A stretch of 64,000 nt of DNA from assembly GCA_963664115.2 (NCBI GenBank), contig CAXWPJ010000006.1:32001-96000 (forward strand), given 5' to 3'. This document shows, one piece after another, positions 19,290 to 28,764 of the stretch. The stretch is from Terriglobia bacterium (GTDB taxonomy: Bacteria > Acidobacteriota > Terriglobia > 20CM-2-55-15). The position numbers and the translations under genes are program-made. The stretch's first letter is position 1. The number at the start of each line of letters is the position of its first letter. The notes beneath the pieces were generated by a model, which did not search any database, had not been told where the DNA came from, and worked only from the letters and a program-made list of their open reading frames with translations.

Positions 19290-20039
19290 CTAGCGGCTGC
19301 AGCCTTGCGCGGTTTCTGCGAACCCGTCGAACAGGCGACCCGCCTGGTCACCCCTCAGTGTTTCGATGCCGTGGGGCTGCCCCGTCTCGACGGTGTAACG
19401 GGCAAGGGTGCCTTTGGAACTCAGGTAGTTGGCTTCCCTCTCCATTTCGTTGTGCCACATGTACCGGTCGAATTCGCCCACGTACAAAAACACACACATA
19501 TTCGAAATCGCATCGAGCTTGGCGTTGCTGGGTCGCCACATGTATCCGGGAAAGGCTGTAACCGAAAGGAAGTAATTTGGATAGGCCGCTGCCACGTGGA
19601 ATGCCGCGATCCCGCCGTTGGACGGTCCCGCGATATGGAACTTCCGCTCTTGGATCCGATACTCGGCCATGATCAAATCGAGGAATTCCGGAATGAGACG
19701 CTCCCCGCCCTGGAAAAACAACTCCCCGTTCGGCGCGGCCGGCGCGACAACGATGTACCCCCGCTTCTCGGCCTCCGCGCGGAAGTTCCGATCGAGCGCG
19801 CGATCCACTGTGTTCATCGTCTGCGGCCCGCCGCCGAAGACGAGAATGCCGGGATACGCCAGAGCCGGATCGTAGCCGTTCGGCAGCACCACCTTGTAGC
19901 TCAGGGTTGTCCCCGCGATGGTCTTCGTCGCTTCCTTCACTTCGGCCACTTCGGCGTCGAGGGGCCCGACTGTGATGAAGATGCAGGCGGCGATTGCGAT
20001 CATCGGAGGCATCCACCTCGTTGAAATCGGTCGATTCAT
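19290..20039 (-). CDS. exported alpha/beta-fold esterase
   Basis: Signal peptide; GPSNGG nucleophile elbow, GEFD, QPH; AAGGAG RBS. Confidence 0.8.
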   Translation of the reverse strand: MNRPISTRWMPPMIAIAACIFITVGPLDAEVAEVKEATKTIAGTTLSYKVVLPNGYDPALAYPGILVFGGGPQTMNTVDRALDRNFRAEAEKRGYIVVAPAAPNGELFFQGGERLIPEFLDLIMAEYRIQERKFHIAGPSNGGIAAFHVAAAYPNYFLSVTAFPGYMWRPSNAKLDAISNMCVFLYVGEFDRYMWHNEMEREANYLSSKGTLARYTVETGQPHGIETLRGDQAGRLFDGFAETAQGCSR

Positions 20040-20297
20040 CTGATATCTCCTTACCTCAGGACAGTTGGGCTCGGCTTCCTGTTATCCGGTGTTTCTCGAG
20101 CTAAGGGCATTGGCTAAGAGTTGTCGGCGAGATTCTGGTTGGTTTGTGGGCGTGCCCTTAGCAGCGGCCAGCATCCTTTCGACGCCAACTGTTTTCGGTA
20201 ATTTAACAACGCTTGCGGTGAAAGTTGCTCGGCTCAACTCTCCAGATCTTTGACACGGCTCACCAGCACCTCACTGGCGGCGATTATAGCAAGCGCC

Positions 20298-20405
20298 CTG
20301 CGAACAAACTGCAAACAAAAAATTGCCGAACACACCGAATTAGAACCCATAAGCCCAATCAAGAACACCTTAGAACCAACAACATGAGGTGATTGTTAGG
20401 AATTC
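20298..20405 (+). repeat. att remnant 3 (arm only, diverged)
   Basis: CTGCGAACAAACTGCAAACAA...CCTTAGAACCAACAACAT...GAATTC; similarity ends where the tRNA part would start. A further arm pair sits at 20551-20576. Confidence 0.7.
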
Positions 20406-20717
20406 CGCGGATGCGTTCTTCGCAACCGATCTGCTTCAGGATGCCGCATAACTCGTCAAAGTCCGCATTCGCATCAGACGCGCCCCGGAGAATTCGGTCC
20501 AGGGCTTTTCGAAACGCGGTCATTGGCTCACTCTAGCGCAAAACGGCTGACTGCGAACTAACTGCGAACAAAAATTGATCATCGCAACAATTCTGGCGGG
20601 TCCAAACGGCCCGCCTTGTTCTATGTTCACACAGCGGTCCAGCACCACATACCGTGGATGCTCGTAATCAGCGTCGCCTCCATTCGAGATCACGATCACT
20701 GGCGCGACCGCTGAAAT

Positions 20718-20945
20718 GCAGTCACCGCCGGCTCCTCCGAACCGATTCAGCGGCGCGCGGAGCGAATCGTTGAGTCCCGAAAACAATCCGTGCCATCCGA
20801 ATTGTTCGCCGGACGGGCGTCAGGAGCTTCTGTTTTCAGACCTTCTATGGAGTAAATCCATGGGGGCGTTGTTGCTCGGGTCGTACATTACTATTTCAGG
20901 GTCGAGAGTCGTCTCGTCAGCCCGCGTGTACGGTTCGATAAACCG
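20718..20945 (-). pseudogene. 3' fragment paralogous to 32872..33744
   Basis: RFIEPYTRADETTL..MYDP and FGWHGLFSGLND.L.AP..FGG.GGD match the C-terminus of 32872..33744; frameshifted. Confidence 0.7.
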
Positions 20946-21053
20946 AGACCGGCCAGGTGATTTGAAGCGTAAATTCTGTCGGCGCCCGGTTTCCCACATG
21001 CGAAAATTATTTGAATCGAAGACGAGATCTGGAGTAGGGTCTAAAGACAAGCG

Positions 21054-21395
21054 ATGTATAAATCCTTTTCATTGACGGGAGTGATATCCTTAGCCCTTTT
21101 GTCGGCGGCCATCTGTCAATGCAACATGGTGGCGATGATGGCGGCTACACCGGCGGATCACTGCGCGCCTGCCGAGGAAGGGGATGCGCCCGTTGAGCGG
21201 TGCTGTTTCACGCAAGCGGCCAAGGTCGAGTCCGTTGAGTTAACGGTCCCGACGCCTGCCGTACACACGGCCGTCTTGTGGGCAGAGTCTGTAGCAAGCT
21301 CGAAGATCGGTTCCCAACTATCTTCCGGAAAAATCCTCCAGTTGCCTCCTGGAAGAGAGAGTCTGACCCACCAGATCTGCGTCCTGTTGATCTGA
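21054..21395 (+). CDS. small Cys/His-containing protein heading the copper operon
   Basis: CQC, DHC, RCC and C-terminal ICVLLI, as often seen upstream of metal-resistance operons. Confidence 0.6.
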   Translation: MYKSFSLTGVISLALLSAAICQCNMVAMMAATPADHCAPAEEGDAPVERCCFTQAAKVESVELTVPTPAVHTAVLWAESVASSKIGSQLSSGKILQLPPGRESLTHQICVLLI

Positions 21396-21615
21396 TCCCC
21401 TGTTGCACTGTCCGCTCGAACGGACACCTTTTCTATCCCTGCGCTGCGAACCAAAGCGAGGCTCCGACCATGTTCGTGCGCGTAAGGAAAACTGCCGACG
21501 AAGACATTTTGGTGAACGAATTCCGGATCATGGGATGGATCCTGCTGATCTTCCTGTCGATGCCCATCGCCTCACTAGCGGAGCGGCGGGGTCCGCATCC
21601 GCTGAGGAGAAACTA

Positions 21616-22062
21616 ATGAAAACGAACACAAGGTATCTAGCATTCGCAACAACGCTGGGAATCTTCTTTTTTGTAGCAAGCGCATTCGCTCACGTGACCA
21701 TTGCCCCGAGGGAGTCCTCCACCGGCGGGAGTGAAACCTACACGATGCGGGTTCCTACCGAACGAGACAGTGCCACGGTCCGGATCGAAGCCGAATTTCC
21801 TATGGGCATGACGGTCTCCGACTTCGAGTCCAAAACCGGCTGGACAATCGAACCGACAACAAACGCTGCGGGCGAAGTTGTCAGCGTAGTGTGGAGCGGT
21901 GGATCGATCGCTCCCGGCCAGGCTGAACAATTCAGCTTCACTGCGCGAAATCCTGGAGACGCCACCACTCTCATGTGGCAGGTCGTTCAAACCCATGCGG
22001 ATGGAAGCACCGCGGAATGGATGGGCGAAAGGGCGCCGACTGTAGTGATCAGCGGCGACTAG
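21616..22062 (+). CDS. YcnI/DUF1775-family copper-binding protein
   Basis: AFA-HVTI mature N-terminal His, RVPTE, VVWSGG; AGGAG RBS before ATG 21616. Confidence 0.8.
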   Translation: MKTNTRYLAFATTLGIFFFVASAFAHVTIAPRESSTGGSETYTMRVPTERDSATVRIEAEFPMGMTVSDFESKTGWTIEPTTNAAGEVVSVVWSGGSIAPGQAEQFSFTARNPGDATTLMWQVVQTHADGSTAEWMGERAPTVVISGD

Positions 22063-22096
22063 CGTTTTCTGAAGGACACAGCAAGAGGAGATTTTT

Positions 22097-22633
22097 ATGC
22101 AGAACATTCCGAGCACGTGGTTAGTTTTGACCCCCACAGTGACCCTCGCTCTCGTGATCTCTGGCTGTGTCTCGACAACCCTGCAGCTGGCCCCAAATCA
22201 CCCCGCTCGCATCGATGCCCCGAGCGGGCGAGTCGAGAGCGAACCCGCCGCCGTTTTGCGCCCTGTTTTGCGCCCTAACGTAGGGCTGTATCCACCGGGA
22301 GAACCGATCGCCACGGCTGAAGCGGAAAATCGCGAGATCGAACAACGTGACGATCCCGCGCCTGAGGGAACTCGTGAAGTGCCCTTCGAAGGACAGGGAG
22401 TGATACAGGCCGTGGCAGAAGGCCAACTGCAGATCCAGCATGGGATGATTCCGGGCTTTATGATGGCGATGACGATGACCTTCCCTGTGGCTCAGGAAGC
22501 GATGAACGATGCCCTCGAAGTCGGCGAAGAAGTCGTCTTCAAGATCGAACGTCTTCGGGAAGGCCGATTTCAGATCTTCAGCATCGAAGCCGTCGCGGAT
22601 GATCTGGACGAGGCTTCCGGCCCAACACGATAG
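22097..22633 (+). CDS. lipoprotein with CusF-like copper-binding domain
   Basis: Lipobox ISGC; IQHGMIPGFMMAMTMTFPV motif. Confidence 0.78.
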   Translation: MQNIPSTWLVLTPTVTLALVISGCVSTTLQLAPNHPARIDAPSGRVESEPAAVLRPVLRPNVGLYPPGEPIATAEAENREIEQRDDPAPEGTREVPFEGQGVIQAVAEGQLQIQHGMIPGFMMAMTMTFPVAQEAMNDALEVGEEVVFKIERLREGRFQIFSIEAVADDLDEASGPTR

Positions 22634-22646
22634 TGAGGACACGACG

Positions 22647-24026
22647 ATGCGAAGATTTAGACCAGTGACGGGCTTGTTTCTTTTACTTGGGGCCCTCGCA
22701 GCCTGCGCTCCGCGTGATGCCGGATTTGGGTCTCTCGCGGTCCTGCTCCAACAGCGGGCGGGCCTCGATGCCGAGTGGCGGCAGCTTTCCCCCGATCCCG
22801 TAGCCGATCAAATCGTGACCGATCTGCTGGTGCAACCCATCGGCCCTGAACAGGCCGTTGATATCGCTATCATGAAGAACGCCGACCTGCAGGCGCGCTT
22901 CGAAGACCTTGGAATCGCGCGGGCCCAGCTTGTCGATGCCAGTCTTCCTCCCAACATCGAGTTCGATGGCGATATCGGTTCCTTTGCCGACAATCGCCGT
23001 TCGGATTTCGGCTTCGCCGCGACCCTCAACCTGACGAACCTGATGTTCCTACCACTACGCCGGGGCGTGGCTAGGGCCGGGCTGGACGCGGTTTGTATCG
23101 AAACCGGCGGCGCCGCGCTTGAGTTCGCATACGAAGTACGTAACGCATTTTATGACTACCAGGCGGCTGCACAGTTGCTGGAACTGGACCAGACAGTTCT
23201 CGACGTCGCGGCCGCGTCTTACGACGCCGCCCAACGCCTGTACGACGCGGGCAACATCACAGCTCTGGAACTGGCCAACGAGCGCGCTTTCTACGAGCAG
23301 GCTCGCAGCGAGGCCACTCTCGCGGAGGCTGGGGTACTGGGCCATCGTGAGGAACTCAACGTGTGGATGGGATTGTCGGGGACCGAAACGGACTGGCAAT
23401 TGGCGGGACGACTCGACGATCCGCAACCTGAAGTGGAGCTACCAACCGTTGAAACACTGGAAGGGCGGGCCATCGAAGACAGTCTGGACCTGCTCGGTCT
23501 CGAATACCGTTATACGGCCTCAGCGCGAATGGCCAACCTCGCCCGTGCAGAAGGACTTCTCCCTTCATTGCGGGCCGGGGCACGGGTCGGGCGAGAAGAT
23601 AGTGTTCGGCAGACCGGGCCGGTCATCTCCATCGAAGTGCCCCTCTTCGATCGGGGCCAGGGACGCGTCGATGAGGCGCGAGCCCAGATGCGGCAGCTGG
23701 AACAGCAATATCGGGCTCGTGCGGTGAGCATACGAGCGGGCGTCCGCCGATCACGAAACGAATTGCTGATCGCGACTCGCCGGGCCGAGCATTACCGGGA
23801 TGTCCTGTTGCCGTTGTGGGAGCAGATCGTCAGTGAGACTCAGAGGCAGTACAACGCAATGCAGAGTGGCGTGTTTCAGTTGCTCCTGGCGCGGCGTGAA
23901 CAGATCCGGACGGGACAGGAGTACGTCACAGCGCTACGAAGCTATTGGCGTGCCCGGTCGACGCTGGACCAGATTCTGGCAGGACGGCTGGTGGCAACGC
24001 GTGACGTTATCGGTATGTCTGACTGA
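22647..24026 (+). CDS. TolC-family outer-membrane lipoprotein (copper-resistance associated)
   Basis: LAAC lipobox; IEVPLFDRGQG, RQYNAMQSGVFQLL. Confidence 0.85.
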   Translation: MRRFRPVTGLFLLLGALAACAPRDAGFGSLAVLLQQRAGLDAEWRQLSPDPVADQIVTDLLVQPIGPEQAVDIAIMKNADLQARFEDLGIARAQLVDASLPPNIEFDGDIGSFADNRRSDFGFAATLNLTNLMFLPLRRGVARAGLDAVCIETGGAALEFAYEVRNAFYDYQAAAQLLELDQTVLDVAAASYDAAQRLYDAGNITALELANERAFYEQARSEATLAEAGVLGHREELNVWMGLSGTETDWQLAGRLDDPQPEVELPTVETLEGRAIEDSLDLLGLEYRYTASARMANLARAEGLLPSLRAGARVGREDSVRQTGPVISIEVPLFDRGQGRVDEARAQMRQLEQQYRARAVSIRAGVRRSRNELLIATRRAEHYRDVLLPLWEQIVSETQRQYNAMQSGVFQLLLARREQIRTGQEYVTALRSYWRARSTLDQILAGRLVATRDVIGMSD

Positions 24027-24051
24027 CGCTGGGGCACAAGGAGAACTCGAA

Positions 24052-25344
24052 ATGGTTTCGCGAAGAAGGTTTATGACAGGCTCAGCGATCGCGGGCGGCG
24101 CTCTTCTCGTCGTCCCCTCGAGCATCGCCGAAGCGCGAGCGCAGACGGCGGGAGCGACTGTTTCTTCCCTGGGCACGGGAGACGCCCCTTACAGGCCGGT
24201 CGTCACTCCCAACGGCACCTCTCTTCCTTACCGGCTGGTGGATGGCGTGAAAGTTTTCCACCTGAGGGCCGAGCCGGTGGAACATGAATTCGCTCCCGGA
24301 CTGAAAAGTCCGTGTTGGGGTTACAACGGCCGAACACCCGGACCGACGATCGAAGCCGTCGAGGGTGACCGGGTTCGCATTTACGTCACGAACCGCCTGC
24401 CGGAACCGACGACAGTCCACTGGCATGGTCTCGTTCTGCCCAACGGCATGGATGGCGTGGGCGGTCTGAATCAGCCGTATATCCGTCCGGGAGAGACTTT
24501 CAGGTATGAATTTCCGGTCTTGCATCCCGGAACGTTCATGTACCACCCGCACGTTGACGAGATGACGCAGATGGGCATGGGACTCATGGGCATGCTAGTC
24601 GTCCACGAACAGGATCCACCCTACGTCGTGGACCGCGACTTTGCCATCATGCTGAGTGAATGGTTCGTTCCGATCGGCGCCCGCCGTCCGGACCCACGCG
24701 AGATGACCGATTTCAACGTCTTGACCTTGAACAGCAAGGCTTTTCCGGCGACCGATCCGCTGGTTGTGGCTACGGGTCAGCGCATCCGTATCCGATTCGG
24801 CAACCTGAGCGCGATGGATAACCATCCGATCCACTTGCACGGCTACTCCTTCAACGTCACCCGAACCGACGGGGGCCGTATTGCGGACACGGCTCAGTGG
24901 CCGGAAACGACCGTCCTGGTACCCGTAGGCTCGACGCGGGACATCGAGTTCGTTGCCGACGCACCTGGGGACTGGGCGATGCACTGCCATTTCACGCACC
25001 ACATCATGAACCAGATGGGGCATGGAGGACCAAACGTCATCGGAATGGACCCCGACGGACTGGACACCCGCATCCGCTCGCTGTTGCCCGGATATATGAC
25101 AATGGGGCAGACCGGCATGGCCGGCATGGCCGAGATGGGGATGCCCGTACCCGACAACAGCATCGCGATGAAGGGCGTGCCTGGAAAACACGATCCCATC
25201 GACATGGGCGGTATGTTTACCGTTCTGAAGGTCCGGGACGGAATCTTGAGCTACGAAGATCCGGGCTGGTACGAAAATCCGCCGGGAACGTTGGCCCGGG
25301 AGGCCTCTGCCGAGGAGTTGACCTCGGACGGCATCGATTTGTAA
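24052..25344 (+). CDS. Tat-exported multicopper oxidase
   Basis: SRRRFM leader; HWHG, MYHPH, HPIHLHG, HCHFTHH copper motifs; Met-rich C-terminus. Confidence 0.92.
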   Translation: MVSRRRFMTGSAIAGGALLVVPSSIAEARAQTAGATVSSLGTGDAPYRPVVTPNGTSLPYRLVDGVKVFHLRAEPVEHEFAPGLKSPCWGYNGRTPGPTIEAVEGDRVRIYVTNRLPEPTTVHWHGLVLPNGMDGVGGLNQPYIRPGETFRYEFPVLHPGTFMYHPHVDEMTQMGMGLMGMLVVHEQDPPYVVDRDFAIMLSEWFVPIGARRPDPREMTDFNVLTLNSKAFPATDPLVVATGQRIRIRFGNLSAMDNHPIHLHGYSFNVTRTDGGRIADTAQWPETTVLVPVGSTRDIEFVADAPGDWAMHCHFTHHIMNQMGHGGPNVIGMDPDGLDTRIRSLLPGYMTMGQTGMAGMAEMGMPVPDNSIAMKGVPGKHDPIDMGGMFTVLKVRDGILSYEDPGWYENPPGTLAREASAEELTSDGIDL

Positions 25345-25392
25345 TGACGATTTCAAGTATCGATTGATCAAACACCTTAAGGGAGCACTGAC

Positions 25393-25824
25393 GTGAAGAA
25401 ATTACTCTGGACCTCTTTCCTGATTGTGGCTTTCGCCACGATACCCGCGCTGGCCCAAGATCCGGGACCGGAACTTGTCCAGGCTGGCGTCACCGCGTAC
25501 AACAGCCACGACATGACCTATTTTGAACAGCATCTCGCCGATGACGTCGTGTGGCTGGACGAAGACGGTCACATCATGAACGGAAAGCGCACGATCCTCG
25601 GGTTCATCGGGGTCCTGTTCAACCAGACGCCGGTACGGACCATTAGCGTATCGAACGTGAGGATTGGCAACACCGCTGATGCAGCATGGGCAACTTACGA
25701 GTACACGCTCACGGGCGGTGAGGTGGAAATCATGGGCCTGAACACAACGGTCTTCAAGAGAGTTGGCAACGATTGGCAGATCGCAGTCGTCCATGGCGCT
25801 TTCAATGCGCCAGGACACCACTGA
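25393..25824 (+). CDS. exported NTF2-like (SnoaL/DUF4440) protein
   Basis: Signal peptide; TTVFKRVGNDWQIAVVH. Confidence 0.78.
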   Translation: MKKLLWTSFLIVAFATIPALAQDPGPELVQAGVTAYNSHDMTYFEQHLADDVVWLDEDGHIMNGKRTILGFIGVLFNQTPVRTISVSNVRIGNTADAAWATYEYTLTGGEVEIMGLNTTVFKRVGNDWQIAVVHGAFNAPGHH

Positions 25825-25897
25825 GCGTATGCTGGCCGAGGGTTTCAAGGGGCGCGCAAAGTAGAAGCATCTTGCGTTGAGCCTGGGAGACAAGAAG

Positions 25898-26920
25898 ATG
25901 AAGCGTGATGTGTGGACTCTTATCTGGACTGTCTTGCTCTTCTTCGGTGGCGGGGTCCCGGCTTTGGCCCAACGCGGAGAGGCTGGGCTCTTCCAGACTG
26001 AAAATGCCCGGTCCCACGCGGAGCTTGCTAGGGGGGCCGCCTATCGACCCGGACAGGATTTTACCTGGATCCACGACCTGATTTGCGTCGGCCCTCCACC
26101 TGCTCCCGCCGCGCCGGCCCCCGAGCGGGACGAGAGCGGTGCGCCAGCACGTTCGGTTTGGTATAGCGAGCCAGTGTACTACCTGCCGACCCGGACCCCC
26201 AGCGTGGCTGAAGGAGTAATCATCTGGGCGCTTACCACCTCAGATGGAATCATCCTCTACGACGCCGGTTTCGATTACAGCGTCGAAGAGATCGTCGACA
26301 ACGGGCTGAGAAAACTGGGCCTCGATCCGGCCGATATCCGCTACGTGATCGTTTCCCACGGCCACACCGATCACTATGGGGGCGCCCGCCATCTTCAGGA
26401 TGCGTACGGAGCGCGCATCGTCCTGTCCCAGACGGATTGGGATTTGATTAACGGGGATGGCAATGCCGACGCCATCAAACCCCGCCGGGACATCGTGGCC
26501 ACCGACGGCATGGAGATCACGCTCGGGGATACGACCGTCGAACTCCACCTCACGCCCGGCCATACCCGGGGTCCGATCTCGGTGCTGATCCCGCTCAGGG
26601 ACGGAGAACGGTGGCATCTGGGCGCCAGCTGGGGCGGTATGAATTTCAACGCTCGGTACTTCCGGGATGAGGCCGCTGCGCTCGGCGCCTATAGGGATGC
26701 GGCGATGGCTTACAGGGATGTCGTCGCCGAGGCGCGTGCCGATGTCGTGCTGGGCAGCCACTTCATGCAGGACATGACGCCAGAGAAGGTCAATGCCCTG
26801 AGGTTCCGCGCACCGGGCGACCCGCATCCGTTTGTGGATCCCGAGGGCCCCGTTCGCCATCTCACGGTCGTGGGTGAGTGCGCGGCGGCGCGATTATCAG
26901 CGGAGACAGAGTCCAACTGA
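25898..26920 (+). CDS. exported MBL-fold metallo-hydrolase (B3-like)
   Basis: SHGHTDHYGG, TPGHTRG, LGSH. Confidence 0.85.
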   Translation: MKRDVWTLIWTVLLFFGGGVPALAQRGEAGLFQTENARSHAELARGAAYRPGQDFTWIHDLICVGPPPAPAAPAPERDESGAPARSVWYSEPVYYLPTRTPSVAEGVIIWALTTSDGIILYDAGFDYSVEEIVDNGLRKLGLDPADIRYVIVSHGHTDHYGGARHLQDAYGARIVLSQTDWDLINGDGNADAIKPRRDIVATDGMEITLGDTTVELHLTPGHTRGPISVLIPLRDGERWHLGASWGGMNFNARYFRDEAAALGAYRDAAMAYRDVVAEARADVVLGSHFMQDMTPEKVNALRFRAPGDPHPFVDPEGPVRHLTVVGECAAARLSAETESN

Positions 26921-27145
26921 TCAGGTCTCGGGTCGCTTCCGAATCCGGGGGAGGGCTTGATTTAATGTATCTGCGACTGGGACGAACGAAAGACGAGGTG
27001 ATCTCCTTTCGGAGTCAAGCGTTACAGCTATCGCTTGAGACCAACCTTCACGTCATTTTCATCTGGGCAGGGCCTCTCAAATTTGTTTATGCTCTGGGGG
27101 TAGAAAATTGGCAGCCCGTGACCGATTGAAACGGAGAGATGACTC

Positions 27146-28585
27146 ATGAATCGAAAAATGATTTCCATACTTGCTATCGTGGTTGTGACGCACCTGGCTC
27201 TGGAGGTTCAGCCTGCACCCGCTGCTCAGAACGATCTGAGCCACCGCCAGATCGAACAGAAAATTTGGTCGCTGCTCGATGATCCTGAAGCCGTGTACGT
27301 TTCACTACCCGATGCGGATTTCCGCGCACTCGGTCAAGGGTTCGACCTGCCCGACGGTGGCCAGGCTGTCACCGAACTTGCCCTCCAAGCTCCCGGTGGT
27401 GCGTTCGATCCACGGGATGTGGCCGAAATCCCCCCCGAACAACTCGGTTACAGGGCCGATTGGATTGTAGAGCGATACGAACGCTACAACCTGGAGTGGG
27501 ACATTAGCGGCTTCCGGCTGACGAGTCTTGATCCCGAGGCCCGGAGTTATCCCTGGCTCATCATCATGAACGGCGGCGCCGCGAACATGTATGAGTTCTA
27601 CGTCGATCTGAAGAACCGGCCCGGCTGGGCACAGTATCTGGCGCAGAAATTAAACGTGATGATCGTGACCATTCCCGGCAATTTTAAATACGGAGGATGG
27701 GACCAGGCGATCGAGGATATACGCCGTCAGCCGGCTTACTTGCTCGACCGGGATCTTCCCATGGAGGAATCCGAACTCCGCAACACCCTCCTGACGAACA
27801 GCCTGATCATGCAGGGCGTGAAAGCGCTTGTCATGAACCACACCGAAGGCGACATCCTGCTCATTGGCCATTCGACCTCGGGTGAAATTGCGATGCTTGC
27901 GAACGACGACCCGGAATTACGGGCGCGCCTCAAGGGGCGCCATCTGGGTTGGGGAAGCGGCGGACCCGCGCGACTCGATCGCGTTCGTGAAGCCCGGAAT
28001 CCTGACATCGTTGGAATAGCCGCTGTGGCGGACCAACCGAAACCGCTCCATATCCTTGACCGTCGCACCCCAGAGGTTTACAGCCGCGGCTACAGCGGGT
28101 TTCTGAATCCGCTGTATGAAGCCGGAATGTCTCATTATCAAATTGCGGAACGGTGGCTTGAGGTGGAGGGACGCCGGAGGGCCAACTTCAAGCAGCAGAT
28201 CCAGAACCTCGAGCACGGCGGGGGTATCGATCAGAAAGGCCGAATCGAGGTGGAGATCGAGAACCTGCTCAAGAAGACGGGTAATCCATGGGGCGTGAAT
28301 CTCGAGGACGTGAGCAAGGATCTCTTTTCCACTCATTACACGCGCATGGATGGCTACACGCAGATGGTGTGGACTGTCGCACACTATGACCGCAACCATT
28401 GGGTGCCTGAGGACCCCATGAAGAGTGTGGAAGTGTTCTTCGCGAACGAGTATCGCGCCAAGAACCCCGATGCAAAGATTCGTCTCATGGTCTGGGATCC
28501 TCTCATGACGCACTACGGCCATCTGGAGATGCCAAAGCAACTGGCCGCTGCGACCTACAGCGTCGTTCGTTGGTTCTTCAAGTAA
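27146..28585 (+). CDS. exported hypothetical protein, possibly alpha/beta-hydrolase fold
   Basis: Signal peptide; LIGHSTSG motif; C-terminal HYGH. Confidence 0.7.
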   Translation: MNRKMISILAIVVVTHLALEVQPAPAAQNDLSHRQIEQKIWSLLDDPEAVYVSLPDADFRALGQGFDLPDGGQAVTELALQAPGGAFDPRDVAEIPPEQLGYRADWIVERYERYNLEWDISGFRLTSLDPEARSYPWLIIMNGGAANMYEFYVDLKNRPGWAQYLAQKLNVMIVTIPGNFKYGGWDQAIEDIRRQPAYLLDRDLPMEESELRNTLLTNSLIMQGVKALVMNHTEGDILLIGHSTSGEIAMLANDDPELRARLKGRHLGWGSGGPARLDRVREARNPDIVGIAAVADQPKPLHILDRRTPEVYSRGYSGFLNPLYEAGMSHYQIAERWLEVEGRRRANFKQQIQNLEHGGGIDQKGRIEVEIENLLKKTGNPWGVNLEDVSKDLFSTHYTRMDGYTQMVWTVAHYDRNHWVPEDPMKSVEVFFANEYRAKNPDAKIRLMVWDPLMTHYGHLEMPKQLAAATYSVVRWFFK

Positions 28586-28764
28586 AGCGGCAGAGGCCGT
28601 CCGATGCAAAGATCAGCGAATGGAGGTCTGAGGAAACTGCCACATGCGTGGCTGGGGTGGGGCTGCGATCGCTTTGCTGCGGTCACAGGCAGTGCAGGCA
28701 CGCGATTAAACCCGTACCAGGGCGCCAGGCGGTTTGGTGCTGGTAAAAGACTGTTATTGACACC

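Noticed and set aside
25898-26920. Antibiotic-resistance metallo-beta-lactamase
   Set aside because: The fold motifs are present but substrate cannot be inferred, and most such proteins are not beta-lactamases.
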